From NCBI GenBank assembly GCA_016703325.1, contig JADJCH010000014.1:17931-81930 (forward strand): DNA of 64,000 bases, in the 5' to 3' direction. Positions 54,447 to 64,000 of the stretch are shown piece after piece. The notes below the pieces were generated by a model. It saw only the letters and a list, made by a program, of their open reading frames with translations, was not told the DNA's origin and made no database searches. How positions within the stretch are numbered: the stretch's first letter is position 1; every line of letters begins with the position of its first letter. The translations under genes were made by a program, and so were the position numbers. The stretch comes from Burkholderiales bacterium. GTDB taxonomy: Bacteria; Pseudomonadota; Gammaproteobacteria; Burkholderiales; Burkholderiaceae_C.

Positions 54447-56228
54447 ATGGACATGTCTGCCGCGGAACACAAGCGCGCCGCTTCGGCGCAAGCCTCCCGC
54501 GATTGCTCCCCCGCTGCCGAGCTCAATGGCTCGGAAATTCTGATCCGCTGCCTGCAGGCGGAGAACGTCGAGTTCGTCTGGGGCTATCCCGGCGGCTCGG
54601 TGCTCTACATTTACGACGCGCTCTACAAGCAGGAATCGATCCAGCATGTGCTCGTGCGCCATGAGCAGGCTGCAGTGCATGCCGCCGACGGCTACTCGCG
54701 TGCGACCGGCAACGTCGGTGTGGCCCTGGTGACTTCCGGTCCCGGCGTGACCAATGCGGTCACCGGCATCGCGACCGCGTACATGGATTCGATCCCGATG
54801 GTGATCATCACCGGGCAGGTGCCGACGGCCGCGATCGGCCTGGACGCCTTCCAGGAATGCGACACCGTTGGCATCACCCGCCCGGTGGTCAAGCACAACT
54901 TCCTGGTCAAGGACGTGCGCGATCTGGCGCTGACGATCAAGAAGGCCTTCCACATTGCCCGCACCGGCCGTCCCGGGCCGGTGGTGGTGGACATTCCGAA
55001 GGATGTGTCGCTCAACACGACGAGCTTCGCCTACCCGGAAACGATCGAGATGCGGTCGTACAACCCGGTGCGCAAGGGTCACGGTGGCCAGATCCGCAAG
55101 GCCGTCCAGTTGCTTCTGCAGGCCAAACGTCCCTACATCTACACCGGTGGCGGTGTGATCCTGGGCAACGCGTCGGCCGAACTGCGCGAACTCTGCGACC
55201 TGCTGGGCTACCCGGTCACCCACACCCTGATGGGCCTGGGAGCGGTGCCGGCCACCGACCCGAAGTTCCTGGGCATGCTGGGCATGCACGGCACCTACGA
55301 AGCCAACATGACGATGCAGAGTTGCGACGTCCTGCTGGCGGTGGGGGCTCGTTTTGATGACCGCGTGATCGGCAACCCGAAGCACTTCGCCTCGGTCGAA
55401 CGCAAGATCATCCATGTGGACATCGATCCCTCCTCGATTTCCAAGCGGGTGAAGGTCGATATACCCATCGTGGGTGACGTCAAGGAGGTGCTGCAGGAGT
55501 TGATCGTCCAGATCCGCGAGTCGCAGCAGCGCGCCGACAGCACCTCGATCAACGCCTGGTGGGGCCAGATCAACGAGTGGCGCAAACGCGAGTGCCTGAG
55601 CTACAAGCGCTCGGACGAGGTCATCAAGCCGCAGCATGTGGTTGAGACCCTGTGGGAGCTGACGCGCGGCACCGATTGCTATGTCACCTCGGACGTCGGT
55701 CAGCACCAGATGTGGGCGGCGCAGTACTACCGCTTCGCCGAACCGCGCCGCTGGATCAACTCCGGTGGCCTGGGCACGATGGGTGTGGGTCTGCCCTACG
55801 CGATGGGCATCAAACTGGCCAAACCCGAGTCGGATGTGTTCTGCATCACCGGCGAAGGCTCGATCCAGATGTGCATCCAGGAGCTGTCCACCTGTCAGCA
55901 GTACAACACGCCGGTGAAGGTCATCAGCCTGAACAACCGCTACCTGGGCATGGTGCGTCAGTGGCAGGAACTGATCTATGAAGGCCGCTATGCGCACAGC
56001 TACATGGATGCGCTGCCGGACTTTGTGAAGCTGGCAGAGGCCTATGGCCATGTGGGCATCAAGATCGAGAAGCCTTCCGAGGTTGAGCCGGCCCTGAAGG
56101 AAATGATCCGCCTGAAGGACCGCACCGTCTTCCTCGACGTGCGCACCGACCCGACCGAAAACGTCTGGCCGATGGTGCAGGCCGGCAAGGGCATCACCGA
56201 GATGCTGCTGGGTTCCGAGGACTTGTGA
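54447..56228 (+). CDS. ilvI: Acetolactate synthase large subunit
   Basis: WGYPGG, VRHEQAAVH, TSGPGVTN, MLGMHG, SGGLGTMG, GEGSIQM...NN TPP motif. Confidence 0.95.
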   Translation: MDMSAAEHKRAASAQASRDCSPAAELNGSEILIRCLQAENVEFVWGYPGGSVLYIYDALYKQESIQHVLVRHEQAAVHAADGYSRATGNVGVALVTSGPGVTNAVTGIATAYMDSIPMVIITGQVPTAAIGLDAFQECDTVGITRPVVKHNFLVKDVRDLALTIKKAFHIARTGRPGPVVVDIPKDVSLNTTSFAYPETIEMRSYNPVRKGHGGQIRKAVQLLLQAKRPYIYTGGGVILGNASAELRELCDLLGYPVTHTLMGLGAVPATDPKFLGMLGMHGTYEANMTMQSCDVLLAVGARFDDRVIGNPKHFASVERKIIHVDIDPSSISKRVKVDIPIVGDVKEVLQELIVQIRESQQRADSTSINAWWGQINEWRKRECLSYKRSDEVIKPQHVVETLWELTRGTDCYVTSDVGQHQMWAAQYYRFAEPRRWINSGGLGTMGVGLPYAMGIKLAKPESDVFCITGEGSIQMCIQELSTCQQYNTPVKVISLNNRYLGMVRQWQELIYEGRYAHSYMDALPDFVKLAEAYGHVGIKIEKPSEVEPALKEMIRLKDRTVFLDVRTDPTENVWPMVQAGKGITEMLLGSEDL

Positions 56229-56345
56229 AGTGGATTTGCGGCGGCAAGGCGCGGCGGATCACCGTCCGCGGCGCAGGCAGCCGTCGCCTCCACGACACGA
56301 GCCTGGATTGATCCTGCTCGAATCCTCAATCACTGACCTGTTGAC

Positions 56346-56393
56346 GGCGATGTGCAAAGGCCCGGGTTACCGCCCGGGCCCGAGGCCATCGCC
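56346..56393 (+). ncRNA. Structured RNA element upstream of ilvH (candidate ilvH RNA motif)
   Basis: Nested stems GGCGATG/CATCGCC and GGCCCGGG/CCCGGGCC ending just before the GGAGA RBS. An ilvH RNA motif is described in Betaproteobacteria at this position (from memory; Rfam match not run). Confidence 0.5.
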
Positions 56394-56405
56394 CGGAGAC
56401 GAACC

Positions 56406-56897
56406 ATGAAACACATCATTGCGCTGCTGCTCGAAAACGAGGCCGGCGCCCTGTCGCGTGTCGTTGCGCTGTTTTCAGCCCGCGGCTACAACATCGAAAG
56501 CCTGACGGTGGCGCCGACGGAAGATCCGTCACTGTCGCGCATGACCATCGTCACCTCCGGTTCGGACGAGGTGATCGAGCAGATCACCAAGCACCTGAAT
56601 CGACTGATCGAAGTGGTGAAGGTGGTGGACCTCACCGAGGGCAATTTCACCGCTCGCGAATTGATGCTCATCAAGCTGCGCGCCGTAGGCAAAGAGCGCG
56701 AGGAGATGATGCGCATGGCCGAAATCTTCCGCGGCCACATCATTGACGTGACCGACAAGACCTACACGATCGAGCTGACGGGCGATTCGTCCAAACTCGA
56801 TGCCTTCATCGAGGCGGTGGACCGCACCGCCATTCTGGAAACCGTGCGCACCGGCACCAGCGGGATCGGTCGCGGCGAGCGCATCCTGAGAGTTTGA
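56406..56897 (+). CDS. ilvH: Acetolactate synthase small subunit
   Basis: MKHIIALLLENEAGALSRVVALFSARGYNIESL. Confidence 0.95.
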   Translation: MKHIIALLLENEAGALSRVVALFSARGYNIESLTVAPTEDPSLSRMTIVTSGSDEVIEQITKHLNRLIEVVKVVDLTEGNFTARELMLIKLRAVGKEREEMMRMAEIFRGHIIDVTDKTYTIELTGDSSKLDAFIEAVDRTAILETVRTGTSGIGRGERILRV

Positions 56898-56901
56898 TCC
56901 A

Positions 56902-58052
<1,151 letters not shown>

Positions 58053-58089
58053 TCGTCGCAACGGCACCCAACGGGTGCCGTCCTGCGCC

Positions 58090-58114
58090 GGGCCGCCCAT
58101 CGGGCGGCCCTTTT
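58090..58114 (+). terminator. Intrinsic terminator after ilvC
   Basis: GGGCCGCCC-ATC-GGGCGGCCC-TTTT; a second 9-bp hairpin lies at 58061-58081. Confidence 0.75.
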
Positions 58115-58143
58115 CGTTCAGGGTGCTGGGTTATCCTCTCGTC

Positions 58144-58986
58144 ATGACATCTGAACCCGTGAGCGACGTCGTTGAAGTGGACGTTGACGACGACATCGCC
58201 GAGCCGCCGCGCCCGCGCCGCAAGGGCATCTACATCCTGCCGAACCTGTTCACGCTGGGCGCTCTGTTCGGAGGTTTCTACGCCATCGTGATGGCGATGA
58301 ACGGTCGCTTCGAGAATGCCTGCATCGGCATCTTCTGCGCCGCCGTGCTCGACAGTCTGGATGGACGTGTCGCTCGCATGACCAACACCCAGAGCGCGTT
58401 TGGCGAGCAGATGGACAGTCTCGCCGACATGGTGAGCTTTGGCGCAGCACCGGCGCTGATCGTCTATGAGTGGGCCCTCAAGGGATTGGGCAAGGCCGGC
58501 TGGATCGCGGCGTTCGTCTACTGCGCCTGTGCGGCGCTGCGCTTGGCGCGGTTCAACACCAACATCGGCATCGTCGACAAACGCTACTTCCAGGGATTGC
58601 CGAGCCCAGCGGCGGCAGCGGTGCTGATCGGCTTCATCTGGGTGATGGACGATGCAGGTTTTCGCAACGTCTCGACCCTCGACTGGCTGTCCTGGACTGC
58701 CTTCGGCTTCACTCTCTACGCTGGCCTGACGATGGTCACCAACGTCCCGTTCTACAGCTTCAAGGACGTGAGTCTCAAGCGCAGCGTGCCCTTCATCGTG
58801 ATCGTGGCCATCGCACTGGGCATCGCGCTGATCAACGTGCATCCGCCGATGGTGCTGTTCGGTCTGTTCATGGTGTACGGACTGTCGGGGTATGTGGTCT
58901 ACGGCTTGCGCAAGTCCCGCGGCAAACCTGTGAGTGTGATTGCCACCTCCACCGATGAGCCGGACGAAGCGGGGTTGCACCGCTGA
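58144..58986 (+). CDS. pssA: CDP-diacylglycerol--serine O-phosphatidyltransferase
   Basis: LPNLFT, DSLDGRVAR...S.FG..MDSLADMVSFG.AP, RLARFN, FQGLPSP. Confidence 0.94.
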   Translation: MTSEPVSDVVEVDVDDDIAEPPRPRRKGIYILPNLFTLGALFGGFYAIVMAMNGRFENACIGIFCAAVLDSLDGRVARMTNTQSAFGEQMDSLADMVSFGAAPALIVYEWALKGLGKAGWIAAFVYCACAALRLARFNTNIGIVDKRYFQGLPSPAAAAVLIGFIWVMDDAGFRNVSTLDWLSWTAFGFTLYAGLTMVTNVPFYSFKDVSLKRSVPFIVIVAIALGIALINVHPPMVLFGLFMVYGLSGYVVYGLRKSRGKPVSVIATSTDEPDEAGLHR

Positions 58987-59060
58987 GGCCCCGGTGAAGT
59001 CCCCAGGGTTTCGATTCAGTGCGCCCTCACCGGCTCTTAGGCCGTGCTATAGTTTTTGAC

Positions 59061-59120
59061 ATGGTGATCCGATCCTTCCCCCTTCTGCTATCCCTGCCAG
59101 GAGTGCTGCGGGCGCGTTGA
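59061..59120 (+). CDS. Leu-rich leader peptide of the leuA attenuator
   Basis: MVIRSFPLLLSLPGVLRAR*, with consecutive CTT-CTG-CTA Leu codons; TG-c-TATAGT promoter-like sequence upstream. Confidence 0.75.
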   Translation: MVIRSFPLLLSLPGVLRAR

Positions 59121-59155
59121 TCGATCACACCTGTACATTTGTACTTCCCCAGATC

Positions 59156-59194
59156 ACGGCCCGCTTCGCGCAACGCAGCGGGCCGTTTGATTTT
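59156..59194 (+). terminator. leuA attenuator terminator
   Basis: ACGGCCCGCT/AGCGGGCCGT 10-bp stem followed by TTGATTTT; leader sequence GCGGGCGCGT (59108-59117) can pair with the 5' arm as an antiterminator. Confidence 0.78.
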
Positions 59195-59232
59195 CTGGTG
59201 CGGCGTTGCCTCCAACCCCTGAAAGAGCCGCC

Positions 59233-60774
59233 ATGAGCGACAAGCTGATCATTTTCGATACCACCCTCCGGGACGGCGAACAATCCCCTGGCGCTTCGAT
59301 GACCCGTGAGGAGAAGCTGCGCATCGCCCGCCAGCTGGAGCGGCTGAAGGTGGATGTGATCGAGGCTGGTTTTGCCGCTTCGTCCAACGGTGACTTTGAA
59401 GCGGTCAAGTCGATCGCGGACACCATCAAGGAATCCACCGTCTGTTCGCTGGCCCGCGCCAACGACCGCGACATCGCCCGCGCGGCGGAGGCACTCAAGG
59501 GCGCCCGCTCTGCCCGCATCCACACCTTCATTGCCACCAGCGAACTCCACATGGAGAAGAAGCTGCGCATGACGCGTGAGCAGGTGCTGGAGCAGGCCCG
59601 CCTGGCGGTGCGTTTTGCGCGCAACCTTTGCGACAACATCGAGTTCTCGCCCGAAGACGGGTATCGCTCCGATCCTGACTTCCTCTGCCGCGTGCTGGAG
59701 GCAGTGATCGAGGAGGGGGCGACCACGCTGAACATTCCCGACACCGTCGGCTACGCCATCCCGGAGCTCTACGGCAACTTCATTCGCAGTCTGCGCGAGC
59801 GTGTGCCGAATTCGGACAAGGCGATCTGGTCGGTGCACTGCCACAACGACCTCGGCATGGCCGTGGCCAACTCGCTGGCCGGTGTCAAGCTCGGCGGGGC
59901 CCGTCAGGTGGAATGCACGATCAACGGCCTCGGTGAGCGTGCGGGCAACTGTTCGCTGGAAGAGGTGGTGATGGCGGTGAAGACCCGCCGCGACTACTTC
60001 GGCCTGGAAGTGGGCATCGACGCCTCCCAGATCGTGCCCGCCTCCCGCATGGTGGCTCAGACCACCGGCTTCGTGGTGCAGCCGAACAAGGCGGTGGTGG
60101 GCGCCAATGCCTTTGCGCACGCCTCCGGCATTCACCAGGACGGTGTGCTCAAGGCCCGCGACACCTACGAAATCATGCGTGCGGAGGACGTGGGCTGGAG
60201 CGCCAACAAGATCGTGCTGGGCAAGCTCTCCGGCCGCAATGCCTTCAAGCAGCGTTTGCAGGACCTGGGTGTCGCACTGGAGTCGGAGGCCGAGGTGAAT
60301 GCGGCCTTCGTGCGCTTCAAGGACCTGGCCGACCGCAAGAGCGAAATCTTCGATGAGGACATCATCGCCCTGGTGGCCGACGAAAGCGTAACCCAGGAGC
60401 AGGAGCACTACCGCCTGCTGGCGTTGTCCCAGTCGTCCGAAACCGGCGAGCGACCGCATGCCGCGGTCACCTTCAGTGCAGGTCATGAGGAGTTTCGCGC
60501 CGAAGCTGACGGCAATGGCCCGGTGGATGCCAGTCTCAAGGCCATCGAATCCCGGTTGCAGACCGGTGCGGAGCTGCTGCTGTACTCTGTCAATGCCATC
60601 ACCTCGGGCAGCACCGAGTCGCAGGGCGAAGTCACCGTTCGATTGCAGCTCGGCGGTCGGGTGGTCAACGGCGTGGGTGCTGACCCGGACATCGTGGTCG
60701 CGTCGGCCAAGGCCTACCTTGCAGCCTTGAACAAACTGCACAGCAAGGCCGAACGCGTGGCCGCTCAAGGCTGA
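59233..60774 (+). CDS. leuA: 2-isopropylmalate synthase
   Basis: [46 protein letters not shown]. Confidence 0.97.
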   Translation: MSDKLIIFDTTLRDGEQSPGASMTREEKLRIARQLERLKVDVIEAGFAASSNGDFEAVKSIADTIKESTVCSLARANDRDIARAAEALKGARSARIHTFIATSELHMEKKLRMTREQVLEQARLAVRFARNLCDNIEFSPEDGYRSDPDFLCRVLEAVIEEGATTLNIPDTVGYAIPELYGNFIRSLRERVPNSDKAIWSVHCHNDLGMAVANSLAGVKLGGARQVECTINGLGERAGNCSLEEVVMAVKTRRDYFGLEVGIDASQIVPASRMVAQTTGFVVQPNKAVVGANAFAHASGIHQDGVLKARDTYEIMRAEDVGWSANKIVLGKLSGRNAFKQRLQDLGVALESEAEVNAAFVRFKDLADRKSEIFDEDIIALVADESVTQEQEHYRLLALSQSSETGERPHAAVTFSAGHEEFRAEADGNGPVDASLKAIESRLQTGAELLLYSVNAITSGSTESQGEVTVRLQLGGRVVNGVGADPDIVVASAKAYLAALNKLHSKAERVAAQG

Positions 60775-60847
60775 GGTCGTTTGCAGGTTTTTCAGGTTTC
60801 CGGCAGTGATTCCGAGAAAACCGGCTGAAAATTGAAAATCATCGCCA

Positions 60848-60860
60848 AATCAAGAGGTTG
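60848..60860 (+). promoter_or_regulatory. IHF-consensus site upstream of pbpG
   Basis: AATCAAGAGGTTG matches WATCAANNNNTTR, with an A-tract (AAAATTGAAAAT) upstream. Confidence 0.4.
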
Positions 60861-60921
60861 CGTGACCCTCTTGATTCCCCTAGACTGATTTTCGGTTTCA
60901 GTTGGTTTCTTCTCTACTGCC

Positions 60922-61947
60922 GTGCCTGACTTCACCCCCCGCTGGTCCCGCCAGCTGATCGTCCTGTTGTCCTTATGCCTGGGCCCGATGGCCGCGGCAC
61001 AGGCTGCCGAATCGCGCGCGTCTGCCGCAGCGCGGTCGAAGAGTCGCGTGATGGTGCCCGCCAAGGCCGTGAACAAGGTCAAAGCCACCGTGCGCCGCAG
61101 CCGACCAGCCGTGCTTGCGGCTGCGCCCCTGTCGATGGGGGCCCTGGCGGGTTTGCATGGCACACGCGATGCGCTGGCGCTCAAGTCCAGCGTGGCCTAT
61201 GTGATGGACCAGGACACCTCGGAGGTGCTGCTGGCCAAGAACAGCGAGGCGGTCCTGCCGATTGCATCGCTCACCAAGCTGATGACTGCGGTGGTCACCC
61301 TCGACAGCGGTGCGTCGCTGGACGAAGAACTGGAGATCAGCGAAGCCGACATCGACACCGAGAAGGGCAGCCGCTCGCGCCTGTCGGTCGGTACCCGGCT
61401 TACCCGCCGAGAGATGCTGCACTTGGCCTTGATGGCCTCGGAGAACCGGGCCGCGAACGCGCTGGGGCGCCACCACCCCGGCGGGTTGGCTGCCTTTGTT
61501 CTGGCGATGAATCAGAAGGCCCGCTCGATCGGCATGGCCGACTCCCGCTATGTCGAGCCCACCGGGCTGTCCAGCAACAACCAGTCCACCGCCCCCGATC
61601 TGGCCCGGCTGGTCAAGGCGGCCTACGACTATCCGCTGATCCGGGAGCTGTCGACGTCTCCGGAACATGCTGTCGAAGTGCGCAACCGCACCCTGCAGTT
61701 CCACAACACCAACGGGCTGGTGCGCAATCCGTCCTGGGACATCGGCCTGCAGAAAACCGGCTACATCGCCGAAGCCGGGCGCTGCCTGGTGATGCAGGCC
61801 CAACTGGCCGGACGCAAGCTGATCCTGGTGTTTCTGGACTCTGCGGGAAAGTACTCCCGCATCGGAGATGCCGAGCGGGTGCGGCATTGGGTCGAGGCGG
61901 GCTCTGCCACCGGCGGGGTGAACCAGATGACCGGCGGCCGGCGCTGA
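60922..61947 (+). CDS. pbpG: D-alanyl-D-alanine endopeptidase (PBP7)
   Basis: ASLTKLMT (SxxK), ASEN (SxN), EPTGL, QKTGYI (KTG). Confidence 0.92.
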   Translation: MPDFTPRWSRQLIVLLSLCLGPMAAAQAAESRASAAARSKSRVMVPAKAVNKVKATVRRSRPAVLAAAPLSMGALAGLHGTRDALALKSSVAYVMDQDTSEVLLAKNSEAVLPIASLTKLMTAVVTLDSGASLDEELEISEADIDTEKGSRSRLSVGTRLTRREMLHLALMASENRAANALGRHHPGGLAAFVLAMNQKARSIGMADSRYVEPTGLSSNNQSTAPDLARLVKAAYDYPLIRELSTSPEHAVEVRNRTLQFHNTNGLVRNPSWDIGLQKTGYIAEAGRCLVMQAQLAGRKLILVFLDSAGKYSRIGDAERVRHWVEAGSATGGVNQMTGGRR

Positions 61948-61982
61948 CCCGCTGTACCGTCGGCGGGTGACGGCCCGCCGAC

Positions 61983-62753
61983 TCAGGCGGGGCGGTAGCC
62001 GAGCGACAGCGAAATCTGACGGGCGGTGTCCTTCAGGCGTTCGCTCCAACCTTCCTCCAGTCGGTCGGCCGGCGCCGAAATCGACAACCCGGCCACCAGG
62101 CGCTCCTGGTCGTCGAAGATGCCGGCGGCCATGCAGCGCACGCCCAGTTCCAGCTCCTCGTTGTCGCGGGCCAGTTCCATCTGGCGCACCCGAGACAGCT
62201 CCCGCTCCAGCACCGGCAACTCGGTGATGCTGTTGCGGGTGTGCCCGGTCAGCCCGGTGCGTGTGGCATAGGCGCGCACACGCTGCGGGTCATCGTGGGC
62301 GAGGAAGAGTTTGCCGACCGAGGTGAGGTGCAGCGGCGCGCGACCGCCCACGGCCCGGACCACCTGCATGCCGGAGCGTTCCGAATAGGTGCGCTCGATG
62401 TAGACGATTTCGTCGCCCTGCCTCACCGACAGGTTCACCGGCTGGTGGGTGAGCTTGTGCAGATCGCGCATGGGATTCAGCGCTGCGTCGCGCACGTCCA
62501 GGCGGGCCTTCACCAAGTTCCCCAGCTCCAGCAGACGCATGCCCAGGCGGTAGCTGCCTGCCTCAGGCCGATCGACGTACCGGCCCAGTGCCAGGTCGTT
62601 GAGAATGCGGTGCGCCGTCGAAGGGTGCAGCCCGGTCTGTTCGCTGATGTCCTTCAGCGCCACCGGATCCGGATGGGCGGCCAGCACGTCCAGCAGCATG
62701 AACATGCGTTCCAGCACCTGGATGGCTGGCGTAGAGGGGGCCTTGGAGGTCAT
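61983..62753 (-). CDS. IclR family transcriptional regulator
   Basis: HTH LKDISEQTGLHPSTAHRIL, PLHLTSVGKLFL, NEELELGVRCMAA. Confidence 0.93.
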   Translation of the reverse strand: MTSKAPSTPAIQVLERMFMLLDVLAAHPDPVALKDISEQTGLHPSTAHRILNDLALGRYVDRPEAGSYRLGMRLLELGNLVKARLDVRDAALNPMRDLHKLTHQPVNLSVRQGDEIVYIERTYSERSGMQVVRAVGGRAPLHLTSVGKLFLAHDDPQRVRAYATRTGLTGHTRNSITELPVLERELSRVRQMELARDNEELELGVRCMAAGIFDDQERLVAGLSISAPADRLEEGWSERLKDTARQISLSLGYRPA

Positions 62754-62862
62754 GGTCGGCAGGTCGATTCAGAGAGGGCGATTTTGCATGGCGAAAAGGT
62801 TGTCGTCAGCATCTCAGTTCAAACCCGAGGGAGAGCCTGAGTCAACTTCCCGGCTGGCGGGG

Positions 62863-64000
62863 GTGAGCGCCGCGGTGAGGGGGCATTGCCGGCGCGTTGC
62901 ATGGGTGGGCCTGCTGGCGGTGTCGATCGGGCCTGCCGGGGCGCGACCCGATGCGGTCGAGGCAACGTCAGCAACTGCGGCGTCGGCCGCAGCGGTCGCA
63001 ATCCCCGCAATCCCCGCAATCCCCGCGATCTCCGCAACTCCTGCAACTGCGGCTTCCCGGGCGGTGCAGCTGCCCTGGCGCTGGCAGCAGGTGCCCAGAG
63101 TGCAAGGGCGCGTGACGGCACGTGACTTGGGGCTGGTGATCAACCTCGACGATCCCTATTCGGTGGAGGTGGGTGAGCTCTATGCCCGCGAGCGGGGCAT
63201 CCCTGCGCAGCGGGTGCTGCGGGTGCGTCTGCCGCGCCAGCCAAACCTGTCGGAGACCGAGCTGCGCCAGCTTCGGCAGGAAGTGGACCGGTTCTTTGAT
63301 GACACGGTGCAGGCCCTGGCCCTGGCCTGGGTGGAGCCCTGGGCCGTGGGGTGCCAGTCGATCACCGCTGCGCTGTCGTTGGGGCTGGAGCCCGAGCTGT
63401 GCCGGGACACCTGCGCCCGGCTGGGTGTCTCCGCGTACTTCAATTCCGGCAGCAGCAGGCCGTTGCGCGATCACGGCATGCGCCCGAGCATGTTGCTGGC
63501 CGCCGGGGACACCGCCTCTGCCCGCCGACTGCTGGAGAGGGGGCGTGCGGCAGACGGCCAACTCGGTCGCCGTGGTGCCTTGCCCGTGCATGCCTACTAC
63601 ATGCTCACCGACGACCGCACCCGCAGCGTGCGCTGGCGCGATTTTCCGCCGCCTGGGATGCTGCGTCCGCTGGCGGTGCAGACCCATGTGCAGCCCGGCG
63701 CGCTGCCGGCGTCGGTCGATGAACCGATCCTGCTGCTGCACACCGGTGTGCCCCAGTTCAGCGGGGCAGAACAGCTGACCTGGGCGCCGGGAGCCCTGGC
63801 CGATCACCTCACGTCGTTTGGCGGACAGCTCACTGGTCGGTCGGGTCAGACCTCTGCACTGGCCTGGATCGACGCTGGCGCCACCGCCAGTTACGGCACG
63901 GTGAGCGAGCCCTGCAACCACGTGCAGAAGTTTCCGCACCCACAGTTACTGTTGCTGCACTACCTGCAGGGGGCCTCGGCCATCGAGGCCTACTGGAAAA
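62863..64000 (+). CDS. TIGR03790 family protein (PEP-CTERM/EPS-associated), 3' truncated
   Basis: Absent from the ORF track (no stop). Hand translation: signal-like N-terminus, (AIP)x3 from a 9-bp repeat at 62998-63024, LGLVIN.DDPYS, GALADHLTSFGG, GATASYGTVSEPCNHVQKFP; start uncertain (62863 or 62875). Confidence 0.8.
   Translation, partial: MSAAVRGHCRRVAWVGLLAVSIGPAGARPDAVEATSATAASAAAVAIPAIPAIPAISATPATAASRAVQLPWRWQQVPRVQGRVTARDLGLVINLDDPYSVEVGELYARERGIPAQRVLRVRLPRQPNLSETELRQLRQEVDRFFDDTVQALALAWVEPWAVGCQSITAALSLGLEPELCRDTCARLGVSAYFNSGSSRPLRDHGMRPSMLLAAGDTASARRLLERGRAADGQLGRRGALPVHAYYMLTDDRTRSVRWRDFPPPGMLRPLAVQTHVQPGALPASVDEPILLLHTGVPQFSGAEQLTWAPGALADHLTSFGGQLTGRSGQTSALAWIDAGATASYGTVSEPCNHVQKFPHPQLLLLHYLQGASAIEAYWK

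Noticed and set aside
58053-58143. Absence of psd between ilvC and pssA
   Set aside because: psd sits here in some Burkholderiales (from memory), but relocation is common and cannot be judged from one window.

Overview
GC-rich (about 70% by eye) chromosomal window from a betaproteobacterium, most likely Burkholderiales of the Rubrivivax/Ideonella/Sphaerotilus type (inferred from gene content and synteny). Most of it is core genome: amiC-tsaE/queG, xerD, hslO, pnuC, a MacAB-like ABC exporter, argH with an AlgZ/AlgR-like LytS/LytTR pair, tRNA-Ala(CGC), MoxR-DUF58-transglutaminase, a type IV minor-pilin operon (pilE-fimT-pilV-pilW-pilX-pilY1 plus a TonB-like gene), an imuA-imuB-dnaE2 cassette with a LexA box, ettA, glnB, an ECF sigma cluster, ilvIHC, pssA, attenuated leuA, pbpG, an IclR regulator and a partial TIGR03790 gene. 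I saw no prophage, IS element or CRISPR array. Best leads: (1) an AlgR-type LytTR direct-repeat promoter ahead of the minor-pilin operon, with a candidate cognate two-component system in the same window; (2) two tandem uncharacterised lipoproteins sharing a putative beta-propeller domain between algR and tRNA-Ala, one with a codon-usage mosaic patch; (3) a 12-bp-phased DnaA-box-like array inside an insertion in imuA; (4) a small palindromic element read in frame inside dnaE2. Four frameshifted genes cluster in the first 10 kb and may be sequencing errors. All family calls come from motif recognition, not database searches.
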